A stretch of DNA of 64,000 nucleotides from Fimbriosthenelais zetlandica (Eukaryota). A program made the translations under genes and the position numbers. The notes beneath the pieces were generated by a model. That model worked only from the letters and a program-made list of their open reading frames with translations, was not told where the DNA came from and made no database searches. Location: NCBI GenBank assembly GCA_977030845.1, contig OZ365112.1, positions 14,260,001 through 14,324,000 on the forward strand. Reading direction: 5' to 3'. The stretch's first letter is position 1, and every line of letters starts with the position of its first letter. Below, piece after piece: positions 1 to 12,460 of the stretch.

Positions 1-3000
1 AAAGCTATTTTGGTAGACTGATATAAGCTGTAACATTTAGTCCAGGCCTTACCATTTGAGTCCAAAATGAACTGCCTATTAAACATTTCTTAGAAGGAAA
101 ACATTAAAAAACTACCTGTTTATCCAAAGTGTGTGTTATGACCAAACTACAGTGTAATTATCATGAAGATTTTTGTGTTTCAACAAAAAGATTAATAGAC
201 AGTATAGAAATGGGTGTACATTTTCATTATGGCTGTAAAGACTTTCAAACAGCATTTAATATTAATCATTATTATTGTATACAATGCCATAATCGTATTG
301 GTGTGAATGAATGGTGGATAGTTGATATAGCATGCTATAACTGAGTCCTATATATATATTGGTTAGAATCTATGCACATTGATCATGAGATTCAAAATTT
401 CATATAAAACAATGTTCCTATTTTGTAGGGGCCATGGCTGGCGTGAGTGGGTGACAGTTCATGATGTATGACTTGTGAAAGTAAAAAGTATATATAATTA
501 TGATATATTGATGAAAAATCCCAAAAATGTGTGGAATGGTGAAGTTGTATGAGAAAATCCGAAAAAAAGAAAACCAATTAAGGGTGCTTTACTGGTATTT
601 CCTTTGATATGCGCAAATGAGTTTAGCCCCAAGGGTTCAAGTTGAGAATACATTCAGCAGTTGCATTTCATTTTAATATTTTATCATTTCTTATTCCACG
701 AGCACTCCCCATTTGCCTTTGATTATCTAGTCTCTGCTTGCAAGTTGCCATTGAGTTCGTTCTCATTTAACCAGATATTTTCTATTTATTTATTTGAGTT
801 TATGGCATCATAAGAGATCCAGATCAATCAATTGTAGTAATGGTCTTGAAAAGCATTCGTGGGATTTTCATCTCAATGTCTCGGCGAACAGGGTAAAAAA
901 ACGCTGACATTTTAAACCGTAAGAACTTTGTGATGAACAAAAAAGATGAATAATATAAAAATCCCCCAAAGATATTTATTTTGTGTCCTATTTATGAGTT
1001 GATAACCCTTGGAGTCAAGTATGAGAATGAATGAGTGTGTGGGAATGGGAGTTGTAAATGGGAAAGCCATGGCCCTGAGTCCATGGGGCATTGCTGGGAC
1101 GGTAATACCCAATCTAAATGATTATTTTCTGTTGTTCATGAAGTCATGAGGGACATGTAGTCATGTAGTCTTGAATGGACTTGCCCGCTTTTAACCACAA
1201 AAGGGACTGAGACCAAAAAACGTACTGCCGCCCTGATGGTACATTGAATGGTTGGTTATGAGAGGCAAAAACACACACAAGGACATGTATTGTAATCAGT
1301 CATTTATCATGGCGTTTACATTGAAAAAAGAAAGATTACAAGGGAGCTGTGTTCATGCCAAGACCAAGACATACATGAGATTAGGATAGATGTATGTGTA
1401 TTCTATAATTTCTTTACTTAATTCAAAATAAAAAAGTATTTCAGAAGACATTTTAGTCTGTTATATCTTCAGGTTTTCAATAGAATAGGTGTGTTGTCAT
1501 TGTATTATTGTATTGTAAAACATTGTGCAATTCTATGATCTGTGTGGAATGTTGTTGAATCTAATTGTATTATAACTGTATAATATCATTATGTGCTTGA
1601 TTTTTCTTTCTTTATATGATATTGTTTGTCCTCAAAGGTTTTACTCCTTTAAGGACCTTTTCAGATCTGTATAATTTCTTTTTTGGTGGAATGGTTTCTT
1701 TGTAGCTTCTTGTCTTTTGTTATCTTTGCTTATGGCTGTTTTATAAGGCGTTGGGGTAAACCCAATCATTAGGAAACTTCGTTAACGATTCTTTGACACT
1801 CTCTGCCACTCGCTATATCACATATCATTGGCGCGCCGCCCATACATCATTCACGAACGACCAAAATGGCAGGCCAGCTCGCAAACACTATTGTCGGCTT
1901 AATTTTTATTCCAATAAAAAAGGGGAAATATTGCAACTAAATAACCACACTACTTGGCAGATGGTTTTCTTCGTGGCATTTCCTCAAATTTCAGTTCCAG
2001 TGCCGTAGTAATGTGAAGATGATACATCATTTCTTTTCTTAACTGAGGCAGAAGCACAATGATGCTGTGATGAAGAGGGTCTTTCCCTTCCCTTCTACTC
2101 CCTCCTCCCCTTGATAGGTTTTCAGTATTTTCTGATTTACCCAAGGACTACCGCTGCAATCTATCACGGACAAAAGTCATGTTTGAAAAGACAAAAGGGA
2201 AAAAATGAACTGGCGACGTCGCCGCCATTATCTCCCATCCCGATGGCTGTCGCCAGGCTCTTTTGAGCGAAATGAAATGAACAAAACCCCTTTGAAGAAA
2301 ACCTCTCCACAGCTCTGAATGGTCAAGGGGATATTATCCTTCAAAATATGATATTTTCCCCCATTCAAAATGATTACCATCTGTGTGGGGGAAGGGGTGA
2401 TAGAAAGGGAAAGGAAAATTGTGAGAACAGAGGGAAATCAGCATGGATGAAAGGCAATTGAATTATGCCCCTTTCACAACCATGGGAAAGATTTTTATAA
2501 GAGGAACAAATGTATAGAGTTCGGGGTAAAGGATATTGCCTGCCACAAGAAAAGGGGTTGGGAAGGGGGGAAGGGGAGAAAGGAGAGGGAAGCGGTGGTG
2601 GAGGAGCCAGTGGCTGTGGGAATATTGAAGCCCGGGGCTCCATGAATCAATCACGTTCCTTCCGTCGTGCTTTTAAAAGCGTAGCCAAATTTGCCATTAT
2701 GTCGCCACAATGCTGGCCCCTGACTACCATTACGGCAGCGCGCGGCCATTTCATCGCTCTATTAGATTAGTCCCACTCCAAACGCTGCCCCCTCTCCCTG
2801 CTTCCCAATAACATGCTTTTATAACAATGCGACAAAAAGACCAATCCCCGCCCCATCCCCTCTCACACATAATGCTCGATTCTACCTCCAAGCTTTCTCA
2901 CAGAAATTCATTGCATTTACATAAGCCAATGATAAATACAGTAATTTTGTCTCCACCTCATAATGTATTGGGTTTCCCAGTGAGTTATATCCCCCTATTC

Positions 3001-3390
3001 TCAAATTGGAATTTCCAGGTTGGAGAGTTAATGCAATGACTAAAAATAATTCACATCTCAGACACGGATTGAGAATCAATTAAGAAATGGCTTCTATATG
3101 GCATAATTCCTTTAGGTATTAATCTTTTAAGGTGCCTCTTACTTTTTGCAATATTCTTCTCGTGATATGAGAACATTTATGCAGCATGGAAATGGTTATT
3201 TCTGATATTCTATAGAGGAGAAAAATAGAAAGGTGGCTTTTTATAGGTGAATGGTAAAGCGTCATGTAACATACTTGTATTATTGAATCGTCTGCATGTT
3301 CTCTGGTTTTTACAAGGCGAGGACCAAACTGTGACATGTTATTATGCAGACATGTTGGTTGTACCTGGATATTTATGTATGAGTAGTTTG

Positions 3391-3451
3391 GAGAGAGATA
3401 GACAGAGATCGAGAGAGATAGATATCGAGAGAGAGGGAGGGAGGGAGAGGG
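3391..3451. repeat. Imperfect (GA)n/(GATA)/(GGGA) microsatellite
   Basis: gagagagatagacagagatcgagagagatagatatcgagagagagggagggagggagaggg. Confidence 0.85.
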
Positions 3452-6400
3452 AAATTTCAAAATACAGAGAGTTTACTCCACGTTCAATTTATTTTACCTT
3501 AATATTCATTAAAATTCAATTATATAAGTGAAATTCAAATCATCTCCTCTTGATGATGGATAGACTGATATATTTCTATACTCTCCCCATTTAAACACAC
3601 TCTGACATCTTTCCCTTTCCACAACCAACATCTGTCGCTCCTACCTAGCGCTACCTTTTCAAACACTCAACAAGCACCTGTGCTTTGCAGGCCGTTGTTA
3701 CCTGACCACCCGACACACACATACAAAGATACACATACATATACACAGACATAGAGAGGGATGAAAACCATATGCCATACCTCTCTCCTTCTCTCCCTCC
3801 AGCTTTAATTGACTATGATCGTTCAGCTCTTGACTTTTTGTCCTCCCCTATATAATACGCCTGAAGCCCTGAGGCAGGAGTATTCCTCTATTTATAACTA
3901 TTATTCTGGCGCTTGCAAGCACAGGATGTCTGAGTTGATGCTTGGCTGGCTTTTTCAACCACACCTTGAAATGAATTGTTTTTTTCCTTCTCTGTTCGTT
4001 CTAGGACATAAAAGAGAACATATTGGTGGCAATCCTTTTGAAAATATAGATCATTCTGAGGCTCTTTATAATAGTTTCTTGGGAAAGAGAATTATATATG
4101 TATAAGAAAAGTCATAGCTTCTTGTATCATATGATCTGTGTATCTGTTAGGTGAAAGGAGACAGGAATGGCAAAAACTACAAGGACTCATGGTGTATTAT
4201 TAGCCAGAAGGGTCAGGTACAAATGGCAATTCATCAAGATGCCATACAGGTACCATATCTTAGAGAGATCTAAGGCATTTTTCAGATGTAAAAAATTTGC
4301 TTTGCCTTTTCTTGAAGGTCCTCTTGTTTTACACCCAACAGGTAAAAGGTTAAGGCAGGAATGAGTCACTTGTTAAGCGCTCGGGGTCTTCAGGGCCACT
4401 CTCTCCCATACACATACAGGTAGACTGACTTCTCCCAACAACCCTATGGCAAAATGAACCAGGATTATAAGCTCATGAACCACTCAACGCTTCTTCTGAA
4501 TCATTGACTCAATGGCCCTACTTTAGGAAAACACATTCCATTCCATCGTTCCAAGATGGTTGGTAAAAATACATTGAAATATAGAGACTTTTAAACAAAT
4601 ATAAGGTTGAAATTATGCCTCCCTCTTCTGTAGCACAATGGGTCTGTGGTTTAAGTTTGGGATGAGAAAAGTGCATACACACTGCCAACGGTCCCAAGGC
4701 CAAGTCGGCGAAGCAATGATCGATCGTGTACATTGCCCATCTCATTAATCACTTTCTAACTTAAAAAGTTCCTCACTTTCCCCCCTTAATGTCCAGCTGA
4801 CCACCTAGAGGTTTACCTCAGGTGGCTACCTCTCTCTAGGGGGTCACTTCGTTTACAAATCACGTATTGAAACGGTGGCTTTAAGCGATTTAACAATTCC
4901 AAAACCTAATTTGCCAATTTCCAACTCATTCTGGAGGATTCAAGAGCATTCATAAAACAAGTTTTGAAATGAGATGATTAATCACATTGATAACCTTGGT
5001 TTTGATATTGTTTTAAAATTGGACGTGAGATGGTTTTCCCCTGAGTTCTCCTTTAAATTGTACTTGAATGAAGCTTAGAGTAAAGAATGAAGCATCTTCT
5101 GTCACCTCCTGGCGAGGATCTGTAATCCACAAATCAGTGGGTCAGGTTTTTACTCGAGCCTGACGACAGAACAATGTCATCAAATAAAGTGAGTACATAG
5201 ACACACTCACTCAGAGGCACAAGACCAGCAACCAATCCATCTAATACCACTACTGGCTCACTGCTCTACTAATGGGCCAAGTTTTTTTCTACACTTCTTC
5301 CCTCTCTCCCACTCACTCAGTCAGCTCAAAAGTGGGTTAGGAATAGGGGGTGAATCGGGTACATTACCGATTACCAGTCCTCCTGCCCTGCATCCCTAAG
5401 TACATAGACTCTTTGCCAAAGGCAAATCACGAGATAATGTACAGACCTGCTCTAAAACTTTTCAAAGATAAAATCTCGAAGTTTTGTTGTAGAAAGGACC
5501 ATCTTTGCAATAAGTATTGGGAAATAATAATTCTGCATTATGTCCTGTGAATGAAAGGAGAGTCAATGGATAAGATGTATAGTCTTTTCCTCTGAAGTTC
5601 AAGTGTGCTGGGCAGGAATATACCCTAGTGGTAGGAGTGTGTGAGCTCGAAGTGGTGTTGAAAAAAGCCCCTCTGGAAACTCAAATGGGTCATTTGGTTC
5701 GTTGTGCACTGGCATGTTACTATCTCCAGGTAATGGGGCGGAAAGGTGAAGTGTTAACCCTGAGTAGGCTACAGAAAAGGACCTTGAAAAGGGCCTTAGT
5801 AAGGGCAACCCTTTTGGTCAGCAGAGCCAGGTCAAAGGTGTGGACCTCAGGGGGCAAAGGCTTTTGCAGGTCCAATATTTGCTAAGGGCGTATGACCCAA
5901 GGGTGCTAGGAGCATGGAAAGTTAAATAGGGTCGAAAGTTATGGTTATGTTATATAGTAACAAAGAATCTACTGGACCTTGAAAAATACATCCTTTTGAA
6001 CGTGTATACATATGTATCCAGTCAAATTTCTTTTCTGCAAGGAAATGCATTATGCCCATGGAATTGGATGTCCCCAGTGCCTTTGGATTGTGTGGAACCT
6101 TTGTCACCCTGGGGAAATAATTTCCGCTAAAATCTCTTCTACCAATTTAATTTACCATGATAATTTAATTCATGATAATTAAATTTTAAAGTGTTGTGCT
6201 GATATTCTTCAGTTACAATAATTTAAAGTTCCATAAGAAGCCCCTATATTCAGCAGATTGGCTGTGTTCGGCCTTTTAATTGGACTAATCACTCTAATGA
6301 CTTTGGATCTCCAAGGTGATGGCTAATAATGGTAGTGTTTGTGTTGTGGTTGGAATGGGAATGTCTATTGGCTATTTCTACAACATCCCTGAACTTCCTC

Positions 6401-7389
6401 TGACCCCTACTGCGAGAAGAGGAGAGGGGAAAGGGATGGGGGAGGCTGGATACTTGAGTGGATACACCGTTAGTTGCCAGGTATATGAAGGCGGAGGGGG
6501 GAGGGAGGTGCCCGGGGAGGGGGTCTTGACTTTCCTTCCCTGCACGTGGCCCCTCACATCATGGTCATGTAGGCCTATACTTGTATGTACACAGATTGTG
6601 AGAGAGAATGAGTGAGTGAAAGAGAGAGGAGAATGCCCCCAGGCGCTGTCCCGCTCCACTTTTCAAGCATTTGCCTGTGATATCTCAGCTGCTGGCTGTA
6701 GCCCACATGTATATGTCAGTGGTGATGGTGGGGCAGTGGTGGAATGGTCGACTCATGTGAGATGGAAGGGATCGAGATGAGTAAGAGAATGGAGTGAGGT
6801 AGAAGGGAAAATGATAAGGGAAGTAGCAAGACTGAGTTGGCATTGAGCCTATATGTGTGGAAATAGGGAAGGGGTAGTAGAGAGAGTTGGAAAAGGGAAG
6901 ACATGAGAGAGGTGATACAAAGTGAGGAACCTATGTGGAAGAAAGTGGGAAGACATCAATATTTAGGTCCCTAGCTTCAGTAAAGGGGAAAGGAGATAGG
7001 GGAGAGCATAGACTAGGCCTACAGTGAGTGACGGGGGCTAAACCGATATCTTATTTCATAAATGGAGCTGTAGGAATCGATCGGCTGGTCTGTGTGTAGA
7101 GGGGTACTATTAGAAACAAAGATGTTATTGTGCTGGGGGCCCTCCTATGATGGATGGGATCATGGTTATGATCACAAGAACGGGCGAGTGAATGGAGCCA
7201 GGCGGGCTGGCCTGTGAGAGGGAGTGACTAAGGCCGGGCTCCACTAGCCTGCTTTAGCAAAAGGCATATTTCTACAGTGAAATCAATGGTAGAAAGGTAA
7301 CTAAGATAATGTAATGTCACCCAGATATATGCCTAGGCCTAAATATTTATTGACAGAAGAAGGGAATAAACTCAGTTGTCCATTTCAAA

Positions 7390-7480
7390 TTACCCGCGTC
7401 TTGAGACCGCAAGTCAATTAGCAATCTCTTGCGCGCGTCTAGAACCGGAAGTTACGTAGCCAAATAACAAACCGAATCAT
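7390..7480 (+). promoter_or_regulatory. CpG-rich housekeeping-type promoter (ETS + bZIP composite)
   Basis: CCGGAAGTTACGTA at 7445-7458 (ETS core fused to a PAR/ATF-type TTACGTA), GCGCGCG at ~7431 and locally dense CpG. A consensus 5' splice site follows ~110 bp downstream. Confidence 0.6.
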
Positions 7481-7564
7481 GCGGATCAGATTCTCCGGCG
7501 TGCATGGCGACCACTTCTTCTTGAATTATCGCACACGTAGTAGACCTATTTTGGAATCAAAAAG
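7460..7564 (+). other. Putative first (5'UTR) exon; start approximate
   Basis: Lies directly after the ETS motif and ends in AAG|GTATGT (donor 7565). Contains uORF ATGs at 7479 and 7504. The frame matching exon 2's open frame has a TAG at 7541-7543. Confidence 0.55.
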
Positions 7565-8239
7565 GTATGTTTCTCCAGTGTACTTCCATTGTAAACCCGG
7601 GAGAAGTCGGCATAGTGTTAACATGGCATGAAAGCTGGGCAGAGAGGGGAAACGGAGGTTATAACACAGTGAGAGGCCGAGGGGTGGAGAGATGCTTAGG
7701 AATCCATTGTGTGCATGACCAATGCTCGACAATAATTAATCAAACCTTCCCTCTAAAACCACTTTAAGAATGACCATTTTATTGACCGTCATGTTTAAGG
7801 CTGTCAATGGGAAAGAAAAGACAATGTTTTGCTAACATTGCACGAAGTTATAGGGCCTACTTATGATAGGCTGGTCTGTTGGTATTGGTATTGAAAAAGA
7901 AAGCATGAGGCCTACGGACTAATAAGGCCAGGCCTTCCGTAGGCCTAATGACCAGTATCCTAGGTAGGCCTACCGTAGTTGAATACGTGAATGAATGGTA
8001 AAAGATGACATAGATATAGACCTAGGGGCCTATATGACATAAATAACCTGAGTTAATGGCTGTCAACTTACGACTAAGTCATTTTTAAGTATTCATTCTA
8101 TTCTCAAGAATCTAGGCAAGAAGATCTTAAAATGAGTGGTTTAATTTGATCAATAGTCAAAGGTTACTTTATTTTCTTGTATTTTTATTCTTTTTGTACA
8201 TAATAGCCTATATACTTAGATATTCTTGCTACCAGATCA

Positions 8240-8430
8240 TATACCACCCTGATGTCGCATAAGAAACCCTGACGTCTAGACTGAGATGTAAGACATGACG
8301 TTAATGAGTGCTATCTCTGATTCGCTTTGACGTTAATGACACGGACGCTTTAAGTTTTTCCCCGCGTCTTAAACATGACGTCATATATCTACGTCAGTTT
8401 CTACGACGTTATAAAGGCGACCGTGTAATG
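8240..8430. repeat. ACGT/TGACGT-rich degenerate repeat (MITE-like subterminal array or CRE cluster)
   Basis: TGACGT recurs (~8271, 8296, 8327, 8376), with a full TGACGTCA at 8376-8383 plus TACGTCA and GACGTT. Confidence 0.5.
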
Positions 8431-9044
8431 GGAGAATGATGGATAGAAGTTGGCAATACCGCTAGCCTTTCCTGGCCCCTTGGCTGATCCAATAACTTTC
8501 TACCCTCCCTCCCCCTTCCATACCTCCCAGTTCGTCTGCCTGTACGCCTACAACTTTCTAATTCAACAATTCAACAATTATAGCGCATATATAGGCTATT
8601 CCCATGCTGCATTTGCCTTGAGATAGGTAAACTCAGAAATTCCAAAATATTAGGCACTGCTCTGTAAATATATCCCCATTTGTGTATTCCAGAAATTTTA
8701 ACTCCTAGCCATCCCTTATTCTTTCCCCCCAATCATATCCATTAAAATGTCATTTTAATATCGATTTAATCAGATGTACATGGCCTCTCTTCTACCCCTG
8801 CCATCCGTGTAGCAGAGATATGGAGGTCGCTTGGTATTTTTTTGTATTTTTATCTTTTTCTGAAGCTTAACATTGAAAGGTCAGAGGAATGTTATTTAGA
8901 TAGTATCCGGCGCCGTCATGCTAGCGGGGTTCTCTCCCGCCACCCGTCATTTCCAGGCATTTCCAGGCATTTTCCTGGGCTATAGACAGACGCTTGTGAT
9001 GGCGTGTCATGGTGTCTGAATCCATCAGCGTTGTCATGCCAACC

Positions 9045-9083
9045 GGGGAGCTGGGGGTAGGGGAGAGGCTGGGGGTGGGGGGT
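9045..9083 (+). other. G-quadruplex-forming motif in the putative intron 1
   Basis: GGGG-agct-GGGGG-ta-GGGGG-agaggct-GGGGG-t-GGGGGG: five G runs of 4 or more. Confidence 0.6.
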
Positions 9084-10803
9084 TTCCTCAGGAGGCTGTG
9101 GTGGCGGACACGCAGTATCATGCTTTACATAGACTTACCTATTATCCACAATCTATAATTATGACATGAGGAATCGCATGTTATTTTTCTGACCATTACC
9201 ACTAGAACAAAGGACTAACTTTTAGCAAGCCCTTAAAATAGTCTATGGTGCACTTGGTGAAACTAGTTTTAAATAAAAATAATTCAGAAACTTGAGAGAT
9301 CTTGATGGATCTTCAGAAAGCAGTGATTTCCAGGATTCTGTGGAATGGCAAGCGCCAATCTTCAACACCCCACATCCTGATTGGATCCGATCACCCAAGC
9401 CCCCAACCTCCACCCACAGAGATACCCCTTCCCCTATATACCCCCACTCCCCCATCATAACTATAGATAGCAACACACACCTTGCTACATAAACCCCCCA
9501 TCTCTATACGTCCCATCCTACACACACCCCATGCACCCCGCCTCCATCCTTCTACCCTATCCATCATTTTCTTCTCCTCACCAGATATGGGGACAGCTCG
9601 CTTCTTCCTATACCCCTTACCCCCACCGTCTCCCCCCAGCCAACCTGCCATCCACACCAATCCTGTCAGCCATAATCAAAGTAGGACCGAATGTTTCACA
9701 TGCTTCGTTTGACAACGCTGAGGCTCTATAGTCAGCCTGGTGCGGTCAGGTTTGAACCGAGTATAACTGATGTGAAAAAGGTAGAAAAAGGCAAAAACCC
9801 TCTCACTCTCCTCTTTTCAAATGCGAAAGAGGCATATTTTCAAATAATTTGACAAAAATATCGGTTATATTTTGGCATTATTTCTATTAAAATATTTCAT
9901 ATGATTAAACATTTTTCTAGACGTTTTTCATTTGAATTAAAACATCCATTTCCAACGTCACTCGTAGAGGAAATGAAGGAAAACTAGGGAAAAGAAAGAG
10001 TAAAATTGTTCTCTTTGTGTAAAATACAAGTCAGTGGACTATTTCATGCAAGGCAATTAGAAAAGGAAGATATTAATGAGGGGTGGCTGTAGAAACAAAG
10101 GGGGACATAATGTTACATCCCATTCATTCATGCTAGCGACCAGGCCTGCATGGTGAAGCTGAGGACCTCCTCCTTGATGACTTCCTAACGAGTGTAGTCT
10201 AGCATTTACGTGCCAGGGACCCATCAATAGCCAGTCCCAATACAAGCCTAATAATGCTCCCATCATTAGCCTAAACGATACTCTTCTTCCCAGCATGGAC
10301 AACATCAATATTTCACAATGACTGAATGTCTTTTCGCGAGTTCCTTTGTCAAAAATTGGATCGGCCCACCCATCGACCCACCCTCCCACCCCTTTCCCTT
10401 CCCAAAAAAATCACTGCCAAAAGAAGATTCTTTTGTGTACGGGTTTTCCCCATTCTATGCTTTCCTTGATTGGATTCTGAAACGCGATGGCTTTGTGCCA
10501 TCCATTCATTTATTTGACTAATAACTTCCCATGTTGGCGTTGTGCAGTAGGCATGGTTTGTTCGAACAATGCCAATCGAGAAATACACCATATATCAATT
10601 AAGCATGTTTTAGGTGGGCGGTTGCGTTCATATAAACATATTTGCTGGGACATTGCTTCCCTACGGGCCTCGGCTAATATGTGGACAGGATAGCTCGGGG
10701 CGGCTAATCTTCATTATATGTATTTTCCTGCCCTATGATGAGACATAGAAAAGCTATAGCATGATGTCCTATCACTGACGTGTTCTTCTTTTTTTGTCTT
10801 TAG

Positions 10804-10863
10804 AGCCCGAGGGCTAGGAGAAACCTGAGTGACCTTTTTAACGAGCGTCTGAAATTTATGATG
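10804..10863 (+). other. Internal 60-nt spliced exon (5'UTR plus start codons, or a fully coding phase 0-0 exon SPRARRNLSDLFNERLKFMM)
   Basis: Branch point CTGAC at 10775-10779, ~20-nt polypyrimidine tract, TAG acceptor at 10801-10803, and donor ATG|GTGAGT at 10864. Confidence 0.8.
10858..10863 (+). CDS. Probable first two codons (Met-Met) of an unidentified gene; the CDS continues in an exon not identified in this window
   Basis: ATGATG is the last 6 nt of the exon. In the exon1-exon2 splice product there is an upstream in-frame stop (7541) and no earlier in-frame ATG. Confidence 0.45.
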
Positions 10864-11016
10864 GTGAGTATAATTCATCTTATTTTTTTTCAAAAATATT
10901 TTTTATACATTTTCAGGCTTTTGTTGATAAGTTTCTCCTCTACTGCTCAACCCTAGATTTGTAAAGGAGCTCAAAACATGCCTAGTTGTTTTATATTAAG
11001 ATTAATCATTCCCAAA

Positions 11017-11072
11017 TTGGGCGACCTTTCACACAGGTTTTGTTGGGCGACCTTTCACACAGGTTTTGTTGG
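11017..11072. repeat. Exact 26-bp tandem duplication (2 copies + 4 nt)
   Basis: TTGGGCGACCTTTCACACAGGTTTTG at 11017-11042 and 11043-11068. Confidence 0.95.
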
Positions 11073-11289
11073 CCATTTACCTGGATGTAAATTGAAACCC
11101 TAATTACCGCGACGAGAAATCATTCACTTTTCATCAGCCGGGCTTTCTTGGCATAAATCTTTCAAGGGAACCATAGAAAATGTACACACACTGCCTGGGA
11201 GAGGGAGAGGAGGGGGAGAAGAGGGGTCATCTGAGGATAGGGGTACACTCAGCTATATATAACTGTCAGGGGTATAAGCTTCTCTTCTT

Positions 11290-11537
11290 CAGAGATGACC
11301 CAAGAAATTTCAGCCTTGAGTAATAAACAAATACTTTGGACTCAAATGGTCTTCATATTTTATAGGTTTTCATTCAGGTATGGTTTGAAAAAATGTAGGC
11401 TAGACATACTTTGGTGGAAAATGAAAGAAAATGTATTGGGAACTTTGTAATGCGCATTTTAAAATTAACGAATACTGAATAGTTGTCGGTCATAAATGTT
11501 AGGTAATACCCTCGTTAATACTGTGTTAAAGGGTTAA
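11290..11537. mobile_element. Possible remnant of a TTAA-targeting (piggyBac/Kolobok-like) non-autonomous DNA transposon, one end only
   Basis: Ends in TTAAAGGG|TTAA (AGGG 11530-11533, TTAA 11534-11537) after an AT-rich interior. No matching CCCT left end was found nearby. Confidence 0.2.
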
Positions 11538-12119
11538 AGTTGTAGGCTGGTCAAGGGGGACCCGCTGACCGTGGGATACCCCCGCCGAGGGGTGCTATTA
11601 GCCACCCCCTAAACATCCTACTCATTAGCCCCGGCTGCCCCACCCCGACCCCTCTCTACCGTAAATATCCATTCACCCTCCCTACACAATATTACAATAC
11701 GCTCATGACTTTCTGTTATATTTAAATACCAAAATTCGTTTTCCCCCTTGAATTTGGATTGCTATCGTCTATAGCGCTAAGAGCTAGCTAGGCAATATAT
11801 TTTTGAATGCTATTTTGATTGTATCGGCGGTTGATTTTCTTCCATTTTAAAGACTGGTGTATTCATGACTATCTTAAATGAGGAAGGTCACAATTAATTA
11901 GGTCGATTAGCATGACATCATTAACAACCCATAATAGTGGCGGTTAAATTGGTGATTGTCACCATGTCATATGATAAAATCTAGTGACAATTTGAAAAGA
12001 AATTTTAATATTTCTTTTTTCTATATCAGTGGGGAATAATGCAGCTTTAATTTTTAAAATACTTTAACACTGAAAAATGACTTCATTCAATCTTCAAGTC
12101 CACTTGAGTGAATCAATAA

Positions 12120-12460
12120 ATGCCCCATTACTAGAAACAAACCCGTCGGTCTATAAAGAGCATCACATCTGAAGAAGGGGATTTACGACCTGTGACCCAG
12201 GGATTTGCCTCTAGAGACTGGGCCGGGCCCGGCTAAGGCACCTCTCTGGAAATGGTCTTCGATTTTTAGCCCCTCTCCTCCACCCGATCCCGCCATTACT
12301 AACGCCCGCTCTCTCCCGTCCACTGATTAACCTGCCCGTTAAAGCGGGATGGGTGAGAGTGTGTGTGTCACTGCACCTTTTTACCCCTGCTTCTTTGATT
12401 GGATGGAGGCTTAAAGGCAATTGCCAATCATGGACTGGTTCCAAATGTGTCACTTCATCC
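12120..12460. promoter_or_regulatory. Enhancer-like block
   Basis: GATTTACGAC (~12180, posterior-HOX/PBX-like), 12-bp palindrome GCCGGGCCCGGC at 12222-12233, TGATTAA, TGATTGG and CCAAT motifs. Confidence 0.35.

Noticed and set aside
129-344. Cys/His-containing 71-aa ORF at the window start
   Set aside because: No ATG in good context, no splice signals and no recognisable zinc-finger spacing.
2256-2270. GGCTCTTTTGAGCG resembles the histone 3' stem-loop
   Set aside because: Non-canonical stem and loop, and no histone CDS nearby.
10864-10966. Alternative acceptor TTTTCAG at 10916 giving a 53-nt intron
   Set aside because: The intron would be very short, and the resulting ORF (MMAFVDKFLLYCSTLDL*) stops after 17 codons.
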